From the NCBI GenBank assembly GCA_963698035.1, contig OY969114.1, forward strand, positions 30,001 through 62,000: a stretch of 32,000 nucleotides of DNA, written 5' to 3'. The stretch's first letter is position 1. Each line of letters starts with the position of its first letter. Source of the DNA: Candidatus Saccharimonadota bacterium. Lineage in GTDB: Archaea; Micrarchaeota; Micrarchaeia; Micrarchaeales; Micrarchaeaceae. The position numbers and the translations under genes were made by a program. The notes beneath the pieces are model-generated. The model saw only the letters and a program-made list of their open reading frames with translations, searched no databases and had not been told where the DNA came from. This document shows, piece by piece, positions 9,163 to 16,877 of the stretch.

Positions 9163-9321
9163 CCTGCCTGCCTGCTTCGTGCATTCTTAACCATTAGCAA
9201 CGCCGGTTGGCTGATGATTATAGCTCTGCCTGTGGCATATACGAAATGAAAAACTACAAGTTTCCTGCAGTCATACTGATAGCCCGTTGGCAGTCAGTCT
9301 CTTATTCCTTTAATTGAAATA

Positions 9322-9933
9322 TTACTGAAATATCTCCGTTAAATCAAAGCTATCCCTATAACTAAATAGTTGGACGGTATATATCGCCAACTCGATTAAA
9401 GAAAAGATGGAGAAGTAACCGAAGACAAAACCAACGGTGACCAGGTTGTTAAAGGCTAAGAATAGTATAGATAACACAGCAGTTATCACAACAGTGATAG
9501 TTGCTAAGAGGAATGCAGTTAGGTTATCTCTGACTGGAAATTCTTTTGGTTTAAAGACAGTCACGACTACGGCGAATAATGCAGAGGTCACAATTATTGC
9601 TCCTTCTAATGTTAGAAAAATGCCAACAGCCGAGCTACTTGTTGGTGGGAACAATATAATGAATGGAAATATAATGAGGGTTGCAATGAACATGGATGTA
9701 TCTGCTGGTATTTCTCCTTTCACAAAAAGTTTGGCTTTACACGCTTTAGAAATTACAAATGCAATGATGCTTATGAGCAATAAGACCCAATACGCCTCTC
9801 GTGGAATTACGGGGAATGGAATGTTTAATGTTTTAAAAATCGTGCTGAAAGCAAAAATAAATACTGGAAATATAATAAGAACTTCTAGTATGAACCTTAA
9901 TTTTTTGGGTCTTATGGAATTATTAAACGGCAT
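9322..9933 (-). CDS. polytopic membrane protein, unknown function, in an AT-rich patch
   Basis: 203 aa that is almost entirely hydrophobic, with about 6 predicted TM segments. It sits on the same strand, immediately downstream of the pilin-type surface protein gene. No family recognised. Confidence 0.55.
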   Translation of the reverse strand: MPFNNSIRPKKLRFILEVLIIFPVFIFAFSTIFKTLNIPFPVIPREAYWVLLLISIIAFVISKACKAKLFVKGEIPADTSMFIATLIIFPFIILFPPTSSSAVGIFLTLEGAIIVTSALFAVVVTVFKPKEFPVRDNLTAFLLATITVVITAVLSILFLAFNNLVTVGFVFGYFSIFSLIELAIYTVQLFSYRDSFDLTEIFQ

Positions 9934-10062
9934 AAAGTTACCCTACCTCTTCTACTCTGACCTCAACCTTCTTACCAACATATTTAGATAGCTTAATTTC
10001 TAAGCTTGTTCTTATAAAGTTTGTTATGTAGTTGAACCACCTTAGTTACACGTTGAGGCGGT

Positions 10063-11637
10063 TTAGGTTTTGATTGTCGTTGTCGTACTGAAAGATTGAC
10101 CATTGAACGGACATGAGGTTGTGGATACTATGTTGTCTGAGCCACTGTTGGTTTCGTTGCCTATGGCGGCGTTTGGCGTATGCACGCATATGTAATTATC
10201 GCTACCGGATATTATGAGGTTAAACACCCCATTTTCCAAGTCTATTATGCTGTGGCTGCCGGATAACGTTATCGTAGATGGCGCCTTGCCGTTGGGATAC
10301 GAGTTTATGATCATGCTATCGTAACTTCCTGAAATCGCTACGTGCGTAGTGTTATACGAAAGTAGCGTTACATTGTCATAACTTCCAGATACGCTAAGAC
10401 CGTCTTTCTGGCAGGTCACATTTGCCAAATCCACCGCTTCCGTCACACCGCTCCCCGTTATTGCGACAGGACACAATATGAGTCTGATAGTCGATGTTGA
10501 AGATGTGGTGGACGAGGATGATGTAGAACTTGTGGTGAATGCACTTGTTGTAGTGAACATTGATGTAGAACTTGTGGTGAATGCACTTGTTGTAGTGAAC
10601 ATTGATGTAGAACTTGTGGTGAATGCACTTGTTGTAGTAGCGGTGGTAGTGAACATTGTGGTGGAGAGTGTGAGGACTGTAGTGGAGAGTGTGAGGACTG
10701 TAGTGGAGAGTGTGAGGACTGTAGTGGAGAGTGTGAGGACTGTAGTGCTGATTGTCTGTGGTAGGAATGTCGCATTGATCGTTCCGTTTGATGTAAGTGT
10801 GATGGTGGTGGCCTGTGATGCCGAAGATATGGTCTCGGCACCCCCGCCAGCGTTCCAGGAATTAAAGACATAGCCTGAGGGTGTTATCGCAAAGAGTGTG
10901 TAGCTACCCAACGGCAGGGATATTGTGCTTCCTGCGGAGTATCTCTGCTGCCCTATTACAAGCGTAGTATTCGGGGATGAAGCGAGCGTAAGAGTGTATA
11001 GATTGGGCGGCGATTGTGTGACCGACTGCAGTGAGTATCCTGTTGTTGTGTATACCGAGCTTGGGCACTGCATCACATTTGCAGTGCTGCATATCTGGTA
11101 CTGCACCTTGAAGTTTATGCTGGCGGACGAGCCCAATGATGGCAGGTTCGATGTCGACAGGTTCGCCTGGCAGATCACCTCGTCGCCCTTCGCCGCGAGA
11201 TAGGGTGTACAGCTGCCCGTGTAATTGCCGGACGCTACGCCTGCGCTTGTCACAGTAACGATGAATGTGTTTGGTGCGAAGTAGAGATAAGGCGCAAGGT
11301 TGTTTACCATCTGCATCGTGTAGATTGCCTGCGACGCCATTGAAGTATATGATAGGTGGGTCTGCGGGCATGGGAGCAGTGGCTCTATGCTGCACTGCGA
11401 CGATAAAGACTGCGAACTTGGTGCAATTCCGAGGTATATCCCCACCCCTACGACCAGCAGCGCTACCACCACAAACGCCCATGCATATGTAGTGAGCAAT
11501 TCTATTGCTGATTGCTGCCTTACACTCCTTGGCTTGGTATTACCCCTAGGCGCGGCTACCACACCGATTATCAGTATAGCTCGGCCGTACGTGGCGAGAT
11601 ATTCCATGGCGGCCTGGGCCCTAACCCATCTAGCCAA
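10063..11637 (-). CDS. secreted/surface protein with class III (type IV pilin-like) signal peptide, Thr/Ser-rich tandem repeats and a C-terminal SGS-repeat (beta-helix-like) domain
   Basis: TTG start preceded by GGGGAGGG. N-terminus MARWVRAQAAMEYLATYGRAILIIGVV matches the archaeal prepilin motif (R-A/G | Q-x-A-M-E-Y-L...). Many N-x-S/T sequons. A B-repeat-like segment (GYVFNSWNAGGG...ITLTSNGTINATF), TVLTLST x4, MFTTTSAFTTSSTS x3, and five [VIL]SGS[YHD] repeats near the C-terminus. Confidence 0.75.
   Translation of the reverse strand: MARWVRAQAAMEYLATYGRAILIIGVVAAPRGNTKPRSVRQQSAIELLTTYAWAFVVVALLVVGVGIYLGIAPSSQSLSSQCSIEPLLPCPQTHLSYTSMASQAIYTMQMVNNLAPYLYFAPNTFIVTVTSAGVASGNYTGSCTPYLAAKGDEVICQANLSTSNLPSLGSSASINFKVQYQICSTANVMQCPSSVYTTTGYSLQSVTQSPPNLYTLTLASSPNTTLVIGQQRYSAGSTISLPLGSYTLFAITPSGYVFNSWNAGGGAETISSASQATTITLTSNGTINATFLPQTISTTVLTLSTTVLTLSTTVLTLSTTVLTLSTTMFTTTATTTSAFTTSSTSMFTTTSAFTTSSTSMFTTTSAFTTSSTSSSSTTSSTSTIRLILCPVAITGSGVTEAVDLANVTCQKDGLSVSGSYDNVTLLSYNTTHVAISGSYDSMIINSYPNGKAPSTITLSGSHSIIDLENGVFNLIISGSDNYICVHTPNAAIGNETNSGSDNIVSTTSCPFNGQSFSTTTTIKT
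10519..10656. repeat. 42-bp tandem repeat x3 (third copy carries a 12-nt insertion), in-frame within the surface protein gene
   Basis: Unit tgatgtagaacttgtggtgaatgcacttgttgtagtgaacat is identical at 10519-10560 and 10561-10602. The third copy (10603-10656) has agcggtggtagt inserted. Confidence 0.95.
10661..10744. repeat. 21-bp perfect tandem repeat x4, in-frame within the surface protein gene
   Basis: Unit gtggagagtgtgaggactgta occurs at 10661, 10682, 10703 and 10724 with no mismatches. It encodes (S)TTVLTL heptads on the minus strand. Confidence 0.95.
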
Positions 11638-11790
11638 ACAACCCTCCCCTTCCCCTTAGATATAATTACGAATTTGAGATATTTATGCGTTTTAGGATTG
11701 GATTGGGTAGGCAACCAACTTCGTCATTAATCGTATGAATAAGTAGGTTCTTATATCTTGAATTAAGGATCTCTTGTTACAAGTGATAAT

Positions 11791-11979
11791 ATGCCTATAA
11801 GAAAGGAGCTCGAAGTTAATGAGAGGCAGACGCGCGGGGGAGCAGTTCCAGGGAATGAACGCACTGATGCCGAGCTGGTAGCGGCGGTGGAGAGGCTATT
11901 TAGACTAGGACCGAACGGCAACAGGCACAGATCCACCTTCGATAGTATAAAGGAATCTCTTGACCGTGTGATGGGCTAG
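11791..11979 (+). CDS. small hypothetical protein (62 aa), weakly supported
   Basis: ATG preceded by GTGAT and by the TATA-like TTCTTATATCTTG about 35 nt upstream. Plus-strand oligo-T tracts (CTTTTTGG, CGTTTTTGTTG) lie 60-100 nt downstream. No family recognised. Confidence 0.3.
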   Translation: MPIRKELEVNERQTRGGAVPGNERTDAELVAAVERLFRLGPNGNRHRSTFDSIKESLDRVMG

Positions 11980-12100
11980 GGATTCGCGCCTGGCCTTGCT
12001 GGCGGGGTATTTGGAATGGCCTACAACGGCCAGATGGGGTCGTAACTGCTTTTTGGTCTCTCGTTTTTGTTGATTCCGGTACGGGCACCGAGTTTACTGG

Positions 12101-13153
12101 TCACTTGGATCTGCTTGCGGTATTGCTTATCGAATCACGTGCTACCTTCTTTGCCACTGACTCTGGTATTCCTGAAGTAAGCCTTTCGAAATTATCTAGG
12201 GCTAGTGCCCCTAGTCTTTCTGATTCCTTCTGCGCATAGTCAATTGATCCAAGACCCTTGAAGGTATCAATCACAAACTTGACGTCAGCCTCGGTCTTTT
12301 GCGGCCTGTCCTTTGCGTATATCTCCTTCAGCCTGCTGACCTCGTTGCTTGATCCGTGCTGCACGGCGTGCCATAATATTATGTTCTTGCAGCCATCCCT
12401 TACATCGTTGCCTATGGACTTGCCTAGAACATCCTCGGTCGAGATGCAATCAAGAATATCATCCTTTATCTGGAATGCCTGGCCTGCCGGGATGCCGTAT
12501 TCGGCTATCTTATCAACCGTTTCGTCATCAACGCCTGCAACTATTGCACCTTGTTGCATGGGCCCATAAACAGTATAGTATCCGGCCTTGGCCTGGATCG
12601 ACTCATAATATTCTTCCGGGCTGAATTTTGTTATGTCTTTGACCTCTTTTGTAAGGCGTATATCAAGGTATTGACCGACATGTGTAACGCATATGATGTC
12701 GTAAAACTTGTTGAAGTACCGCTCTCCCCTGTCTGGGCCCAGTGCAACCATCGCATCATGCACCATCTTCCAGTTTATTGCCTGCAGATGGCTCGCCCCA
12801 TTTATGACCAGTGTTGGGGGGTATATCGTTGGCGCTGCGGCTTTCCCCCTTCTTAGCTGATTTCCATCCATCCAATCGTCTATCATGAGGAGCCAGTCCT
12901 CGGATGTCTGTTGTATGGCTGCCGGCAGTATGGCTTCTTCGGCATTACCATTATACAGGAGAGTCCATGCAATTAGGTATGATGGCCTTCTATACTGCCC
13001 CATTCTATCAGAATAGCAGCGCACGATCTCATTGTGCTTTTCCGGATAACCTTCGGGTAGATACTTGCGTATAGTATCGTATACCTTGGGCCTGAACATC
13101 TCGGCAAACGACTTGAAGGTAGTTGGTGTACCGATTCCGGATTTATCTGGCAT
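12101..13153 (-). CDS. trans-isoprenyl diphosphate synthase family protein (divergent)
   Basis: First Asp-rich motif in LLMIDDWMDGNQLRRGKAA (DDxxD...RRG) and second in AFQIKDDILDC (DDxxD), followed by GKSIGNDVRDGCKN. ATG 13153 is preferred over the GTG at 13162. Confidence 0.8.
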   Translation of the reverse strand: MPDKSGIGTPTTFKSFAEMFRPKVYDTIRKYLPEGYPEKHNEIVRCYSDRMGQYRRPSYLIAWTLLYNGNAEEAILPAAIQQTSEDWLLMIDDWMDGNQLRRGKAAAPTIYPPTLVINGASHLQAINWKMVHDAMVALGPDRGERYFNKFYDIICVTHVGQYLDIRLTKEVKDITKFSPEEYYESIQAKAGYYTVYGPMQQGAIVAGVDDETVDKIAEYGIPAGQAFQIKDDILDCISTEDVLGKSIGNDVRDGCKNIILWHAVQHGSSNEVSRLKEIYAKDRPQKTEADVKFVIDTFKGLGSIDYAQKESERLGALALDNFERLTSGIPESVAKKVARDSISNTASRSK

Positions 13154-13299
13154 TAATCTCACATCTAATAAGAAATTTGTTTGTTTATATTTATAACCCT
13201 TCCGAATATTTCAATAAAAATGTATCCAGTGATACAGTTAAAAACACGCGCGATGTAAGGAAAGGTATAAGTGTCATTTAAATTCCTTTAGAGAGTTAT

Positions 13300-14439
13300 A
13301 TGCCGAAAAAAGAAGTTGGTGACATGGGAAGCTCAATTGAGGATAGGGGCGCCGGACGCCAGAAGGAGATGGAAGAACTGGTCGCATGGATGAAGAGCAA
13401 GGTAAAGCAGATTGACAAGGTCCTTTATGAGAGCCTGCACAGGTTCTCATCGCCAAGCTATCTGCACAATTCATATTTGAAGGGTGATTACTCCTACGAT
13501 GAGAGGGCCATAAGCAAAGGGGTTCTAGACCCCGCAATCTACCTGTTGAACCTGGGTGGGAAAAGACTCAGGGCGCTTACCACTGTCCTTGTGATGGAGA
13601 GTTTTGGCGTTGACTCTGATAAATTCATTGAATTCACCAGCATACCGGAGGTCATCCACACCGGTACGCTGATACACGACGACATAGAGGACGGCTCGTC
13701 AAAAAGGAGGGGGGAGGACGCGGTTCATGTAAGATATGGGATTGCAACTGCACTGAACTTGGGAGACCTGATGTTCTTCCTGCCCTTGAATGCCGTACTG
13801 GACAGCAAGAAGATCGACGAGAGAACAAAGAACACGATTATTGGGATCTGTATAAAGGACATGTCAAAGCTCGGCATCGGGCAGGCGACAGAGCTTGTCT
13901 GGCACGACTTCAAGGTGGACCCGTTCGGGATAAAGGAAAGCCAGTACATGCAGATGGTAGCCGACAAGACGGGTGCACTTACTGGCATATCTATGAAGAT
14001 CGGAGCCGCCATAGGGGGCGCTGATGCTCAAACAATACAGAAGGTGGGGGTCATAGGCAATCTTCTGGGCATAGTCTTCCAGATACAGGATGACCTGCTG
14101 AACATCACGCCCAACAAGGTATCTGAAAGCAAGGGAGGGGTCGGGGATGACATGACAGAGGGCAAGATCAGCATCTTTGTAATATACGCGCTGTCGCATT
14201 CGAAACGGGAGGAGGCAGAGCGCCTCATAGAGATACTGAAGATGCATACGAAGGATGGGACGCTCATAAAGGAGGCAATCGGCATCATAACCCACTCTGG
14301 TGCGCTTGAGTACGGCAAGGAGCTGCAGACCAAGTTGCTGGATGAGGCCCTTAAAGACCTGAACAGCACGTTGAAAGAGTCCCAAGCAAGGCAGAGGCTG
14401 CACGCCATGCTGAACTTTGTGGCAGCGCGCTCATTCTAG
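13300..14439 (+). CDS. geranylgeranyl-diphosphate-synthase-like trans-prenyltransferase
   Basis: GGKRLR, EVIHTGTLIHDDIEDGSSKRRG (first DDxxD), GQATEL, KTGAL, VFQIQDDLLN (second motif, DDxxN form) and GDDMTEGKIS. Confidence 0.85.
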   Translation: MPKKEVGDMGSSIEDRGAGRQKEMEELVAWMKSKVKQIDKVLYESLHRFSSPSYLHNSYLKGDYSYDERAISKGVLDPAIYLLNLGGKRLRALTTVLVMESFGVDSDKFIEFTSIPEVIHTGTLIHDDIEDGSSKRRGEDAVHVRYGIATALNLGDLMFFLPLNAVLDSKKIDERTKNTIIGICIKDMSKLGIGQATELVWHDFKVDPFGIKESQYMQMVADKTGALTGISMKIGAAIGGADAQTIQKVGVIGNLLGIVFQIQDDLLNITPNKVSESKGGVGDDMTEGKISIFVIYALSHSKREEAERLIEILKMHTKDGTLIKEAIGIITHSGALEYGKELQTKLLDEALKDLNSTLKESQARQRLHAMLNFVAARSF

Positions 14440-14471
14440 GCCCGGTAACGAAACGCTGAATCCAAATGCAG

Positions 14472-15734
14472 CTACTTTATGTAGCTCGATATCTTCCTCT
14501 GCATAAGCAGGTCCCTCAGGACCTTGCTGTTCCTTATCCACCCACCGAGCGGAATGTCGAGTTTCCCTTTTATGTAGTCGAAAAGCTGGTCTCTTATGTG
14601 CAGCACCTCCGGTTTCATTGCAAGCGTCTCGCGGACGTGCTCCCTCACGTTCCAGACCCCCACCGGCATGAGGTATCCCTCGTGCACCTCCCTGAGTATC
14701 AGCGCCACTCCCTGTTTCTTCATCTCGAGCATCTTCTCCGTTATCGCCAGCCTTCCAGAGTAGTAGCAGCCGCCTATCTCTGCATAATCCCTCCTTCCAT
14801 CATAGCCCTCGTATGAGGAGTATATCGAAATGTTGACGCCGTCCTCGTTCCAGACGGTCTTCGGGTACCACGCCTCTACCGATTCGTACTGCCAGTTTCC
14901 TGGCAGGAATAGTATGAGCCACCTGTTGTCGAGCGCCACGTTGTAGAATGCGTGGACAACATCCACGCTGTCGAAGCTCTTCACCGTCTCAAGATTGCTC
15001 TTCGAGAGCGTATCGTCCACCGCGGTTATGCTCCACCTTGTGGGAACGAACTTCCTCCTGCCCTTGAGGCCGAAAAGCCCGGCAGAGAGCGCCCTCTGTA
15101 TCCTTGAAACCTCGAGCCCCTTGTCATAAAGTTCGGTCATCGCGGTCTTCGCAGTAGCGTCTGTGTCGTGGTGCAGTCTCTCTATCTTCCTGTTTGCGCT
15201 TACGTTGTAGACCTCGAAGTTCTTCATCATCGCGCTCGGGCCGAAGGGCTGCACCTCGTCTCGCATGTTTATCTTTACAAAGGGCTTTTTGTAGAAGAGC
15301 ATCTCCGAATCGGCAGGCCTATCCGCCAGGGCGAGCTCCTTGACCCGCTGCTGGACCTTCCCCCCCTCAACGTTTGTCACCTTCGAGAGGTGCATCCCCC
15401 TCACCAGCCTGGACCTGAAATCCACTATTTGCTCCATGGACAGGTGCGTCCATCTCTCGGGGGTCGCCATCAGCGAGGTGTCGCCGAACTCGGGGGGCAC
15501 CATCGGCCCTATGTAGACGTAAGGATAATTGTGCCTTCCTATGAAGATGTCTGTGGGAGAGGAGCCCTGAAGGTCAAGCCTGTCGGTCATCGGCTGGGTC
15601 TTTATCCTGTAGTAGTAGCGCAGCAGCGCAGGGTCCCTCATGTGCTGGTAGACTATGGCGGATCTCTTCACATTGTAGTATTTTCCTTGCAGCTGGATCC
15701 TTCCTATCTCATCAAGCATCTCCTTCCTGTCCAA
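14472..15734 (-). CDS. Nre-family (NreA-like) archaeal DNA repair protein
   Basis: GSSPTDIFIGRHNYPYVYIGPMVPPEFGDTSLMATPERW and the overall 420-aa architecture match my memory of the archaeal Nre N- and C-terminal domains. The start is TTG 15734 or ATG 15719. Confidence 0.7.
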   Translation of the reverse strand: MDRKEMLDEIGRIQLQGKYYNVKRSAIVYQHMRDPALLRYYYRIKTQPMTDRLDLQGSSPTDIFIGRHNYPYVYIGPMVPPEFGDTSLMATPERWTHLSMEQIVDFRSRLVRGMHLSKVTNVEGGKVQQRVKELALADRPADSEMLFYKKPFVKINMRDEVQPFGPSAMMKNFEVYNVSANRKIERLHHDTDATAKTAMTELYDKGLEVSRIQRALSAGLFGLKGRRKFVPTRWSITAVDDTLSKSNLETVKSFDSVDVVHAFYNVALDNRWLILFLPGNWQYESVEAWYPKTVWNEDGVNISIYSSYEGYDGRRDYAEIGGCYYSGRLAITEKMLEMKKQGVALILREVHEGYLMPVGVWNVREHVRETLAMKPEVLHIRDQLFDYIKGKLDIPLGGWIRNSKVLRDLLMQRKISSYIK

Positions 15735-15755
15735 GCCCTCACATTATCAGATAGC

Positions 15756-15773
15756 ATTAAAGATTTTTATCCC
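15756..15773. promoter_or_regulatory. central AT-rich box shared by divergent nre and M24 peptidase genes
   Basis: ATTAAAGATTTTTATCCC sits at the midpoint of the 60-bp intergenic region, about 30 nt from each start codon (15734 minus strand, 15795 plus strand). Confidence 0.35.
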
Positions 15774-15794
15774 TTTCAATTCAATTGTTGTGGT

Positions 15795-16877
15795 ATGATA
15801 AGCATCTCGAAGCGGCTTGGCAGGATATTCTCGGGCGCAAAGGCGGACGTAGTATTTATAGCGAATACCTCCGTGAAGGATGCAAACTTCACCTACCTTA
15901 CATGTTTTACAGGGGGTTCGTTCGAGGGATCCATCATCGTAGCAAGCAGGCGCGGCGCAACGCTGCTTACAAGCCTGCTCGAGTACCAGATTGCAAGGAA
16001 GCAGAGACCGAAAGAGATGAAGGTCATCTGCGTGAAGAGCCGCGATGAGCTGCTGCGGGAGGTAGCGAGGCTATTGAAAGGCAAGAGGGTCGGCATCAAC
16101 GGCAGCTTCCTTCCCTACAATAGCTACAAGAGAATCAGGAAGATTGCAAAGGCAGACAGCATGGTTGATGTGAGCGATGCGCTCTCATCCGCAAGGCAGG
16201 TAAAAGACTGGCGAGAGATAGAGACCATAGGAATCGCAAACAACATCGTAAAGAAGGTGTTCTCAGGGATAGAGAGGCATTTCAAGGAAGGAATGACCGA
16301 AAGGCAGCTTGCCGCTATATTCGATAGGCTGATGGAAGATTACGGCGCCAGCTCCCTCTCCTTTGATACGATAGTGTGCTTTGGGATGAATGCCGCTGTG
16401 CCGCACCATGCGCCAGGCAGCACAAGACTCTCCTCCAATAGCTTCGTCCTGATAGACGCGGGAGCAAGATACATGAACTACTGCTCGGATGTCACAAGGA
16501 CCTTCATCTTCAAGCCTGACAGGAAGAGCAGCGGGTACCGCAGGATGGCGCAGATGCACGACACGGTAAAGGAAGCGCAGAAAGCCGCATTTGATTCTAT
16601 AAAGGCGGGAGTGTACGCAGACGAAATCCACAAGAAAGCTGCAGACTACATCAACAGCGCCTACAATGGAATCTACAAGGGCAGATTCATACACTCGCTC
16701 GGCCATTCGGTAGGAATTGATGTGCATGACGGACCTGGCTTCTCGCCGAACGAGCACTACAGGCTTAAGGCAGGCATGGTGATAAGCAACGAGCCGGGCA
16801 TATATGTCGAGGGGTTTGGCGGAGTGAGGATAGAGGACGATATACTGGTTACAGAAAAGGGCGCGACTATCCTATAG
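15795..16877 (+). CDS. M24-family Xaa-Pro peptidase (PepQ/PepP-like)
   Basis: Metal-ligand motifs VLIDAGARYMNYCSDVTRTF, HSLGHSVGIDVHDGP, ISNEPGIY and VRIEDDILVT. The upstream 209 codons of the 569-aa track ORF are antisense to nre and were discarded. Confidence 0.85.
   Translation: MISISKRLGRIFSGAKADVVFIANTSVKDANFTYLTCFTGGSFEGSIIVASRRGATLLTSLLEYQIARKQRPKEMKVICVKSRDELLREVARLLKGKRVGINGSFLPYNSYKRIRKIAKADSMVDVSDALSSARQVKDWREIETIGIANNIVKKVFSGIERHFKEGMTERQLAAIFDRLMEDYGASSLSFDTIVCFGMNAAVPHHAPGSTRLSSNSFVLIDAGARYMNYCSDVTRTFIFKPDRKSSGYRRMAQMHDTVKEAQKAAFDSIKAGVYADEIHKKAADYINSAYNGIYKGRFIHSLGHSVGIDVHDGPGFSPNEHYRLKAGMVISNEPGIYVEGFGGVRIEDDILVTEKGATIL

Noticed and set aside
9203-9291. Possible C/D-box sRNA in the 9163-9321 intergenic region. 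CTGATGA at 9211-9217 and CTGA at 9276-9279 are flanked by GGC/GCC and by near-repeats CCGGTTGGC and CCCGTTGGC.
   Set aside because: The C-to-D spacing of 58 nt is too long for the usual archaeal layout. No convincing D' and C' boxes occur at 12-nt guide spacing, and the base before UGAUGA is C rather than a purine. It is worth a covariance-model scan but is not supportable by eye.
10519-10744. Could the 21-bp and 42-bp repeats be a CRISPR array?
   Set aside because: The units are directly abutting, with no unique spacers between them. They are in-frame coding sequence for Thr/Ser-rich peptide repeats, and no cas genes are present.
10458-10873. Alternative-frame ORFs across the repeat block (10458-10871 minus strand, 10478-10873 plus strand, 10904-11482 minus strand).
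   Set aside because: These are repeat-driven open frames inside the surface protein gene. Only the 524-aa frame has a signal peptide, an SD and continuous domain structure.
15168-15794. The N-terminal 209 codons of the 569-aa ORF (15168-16877) in the track.
   Set aside because: This stretch is antisense to the well-supported nre gene and has Arg/His/Pro/Val-rich composition with no family similarity. The M24 peptidase similarity begins at ATG 15795, which also has proper promoter spacing.
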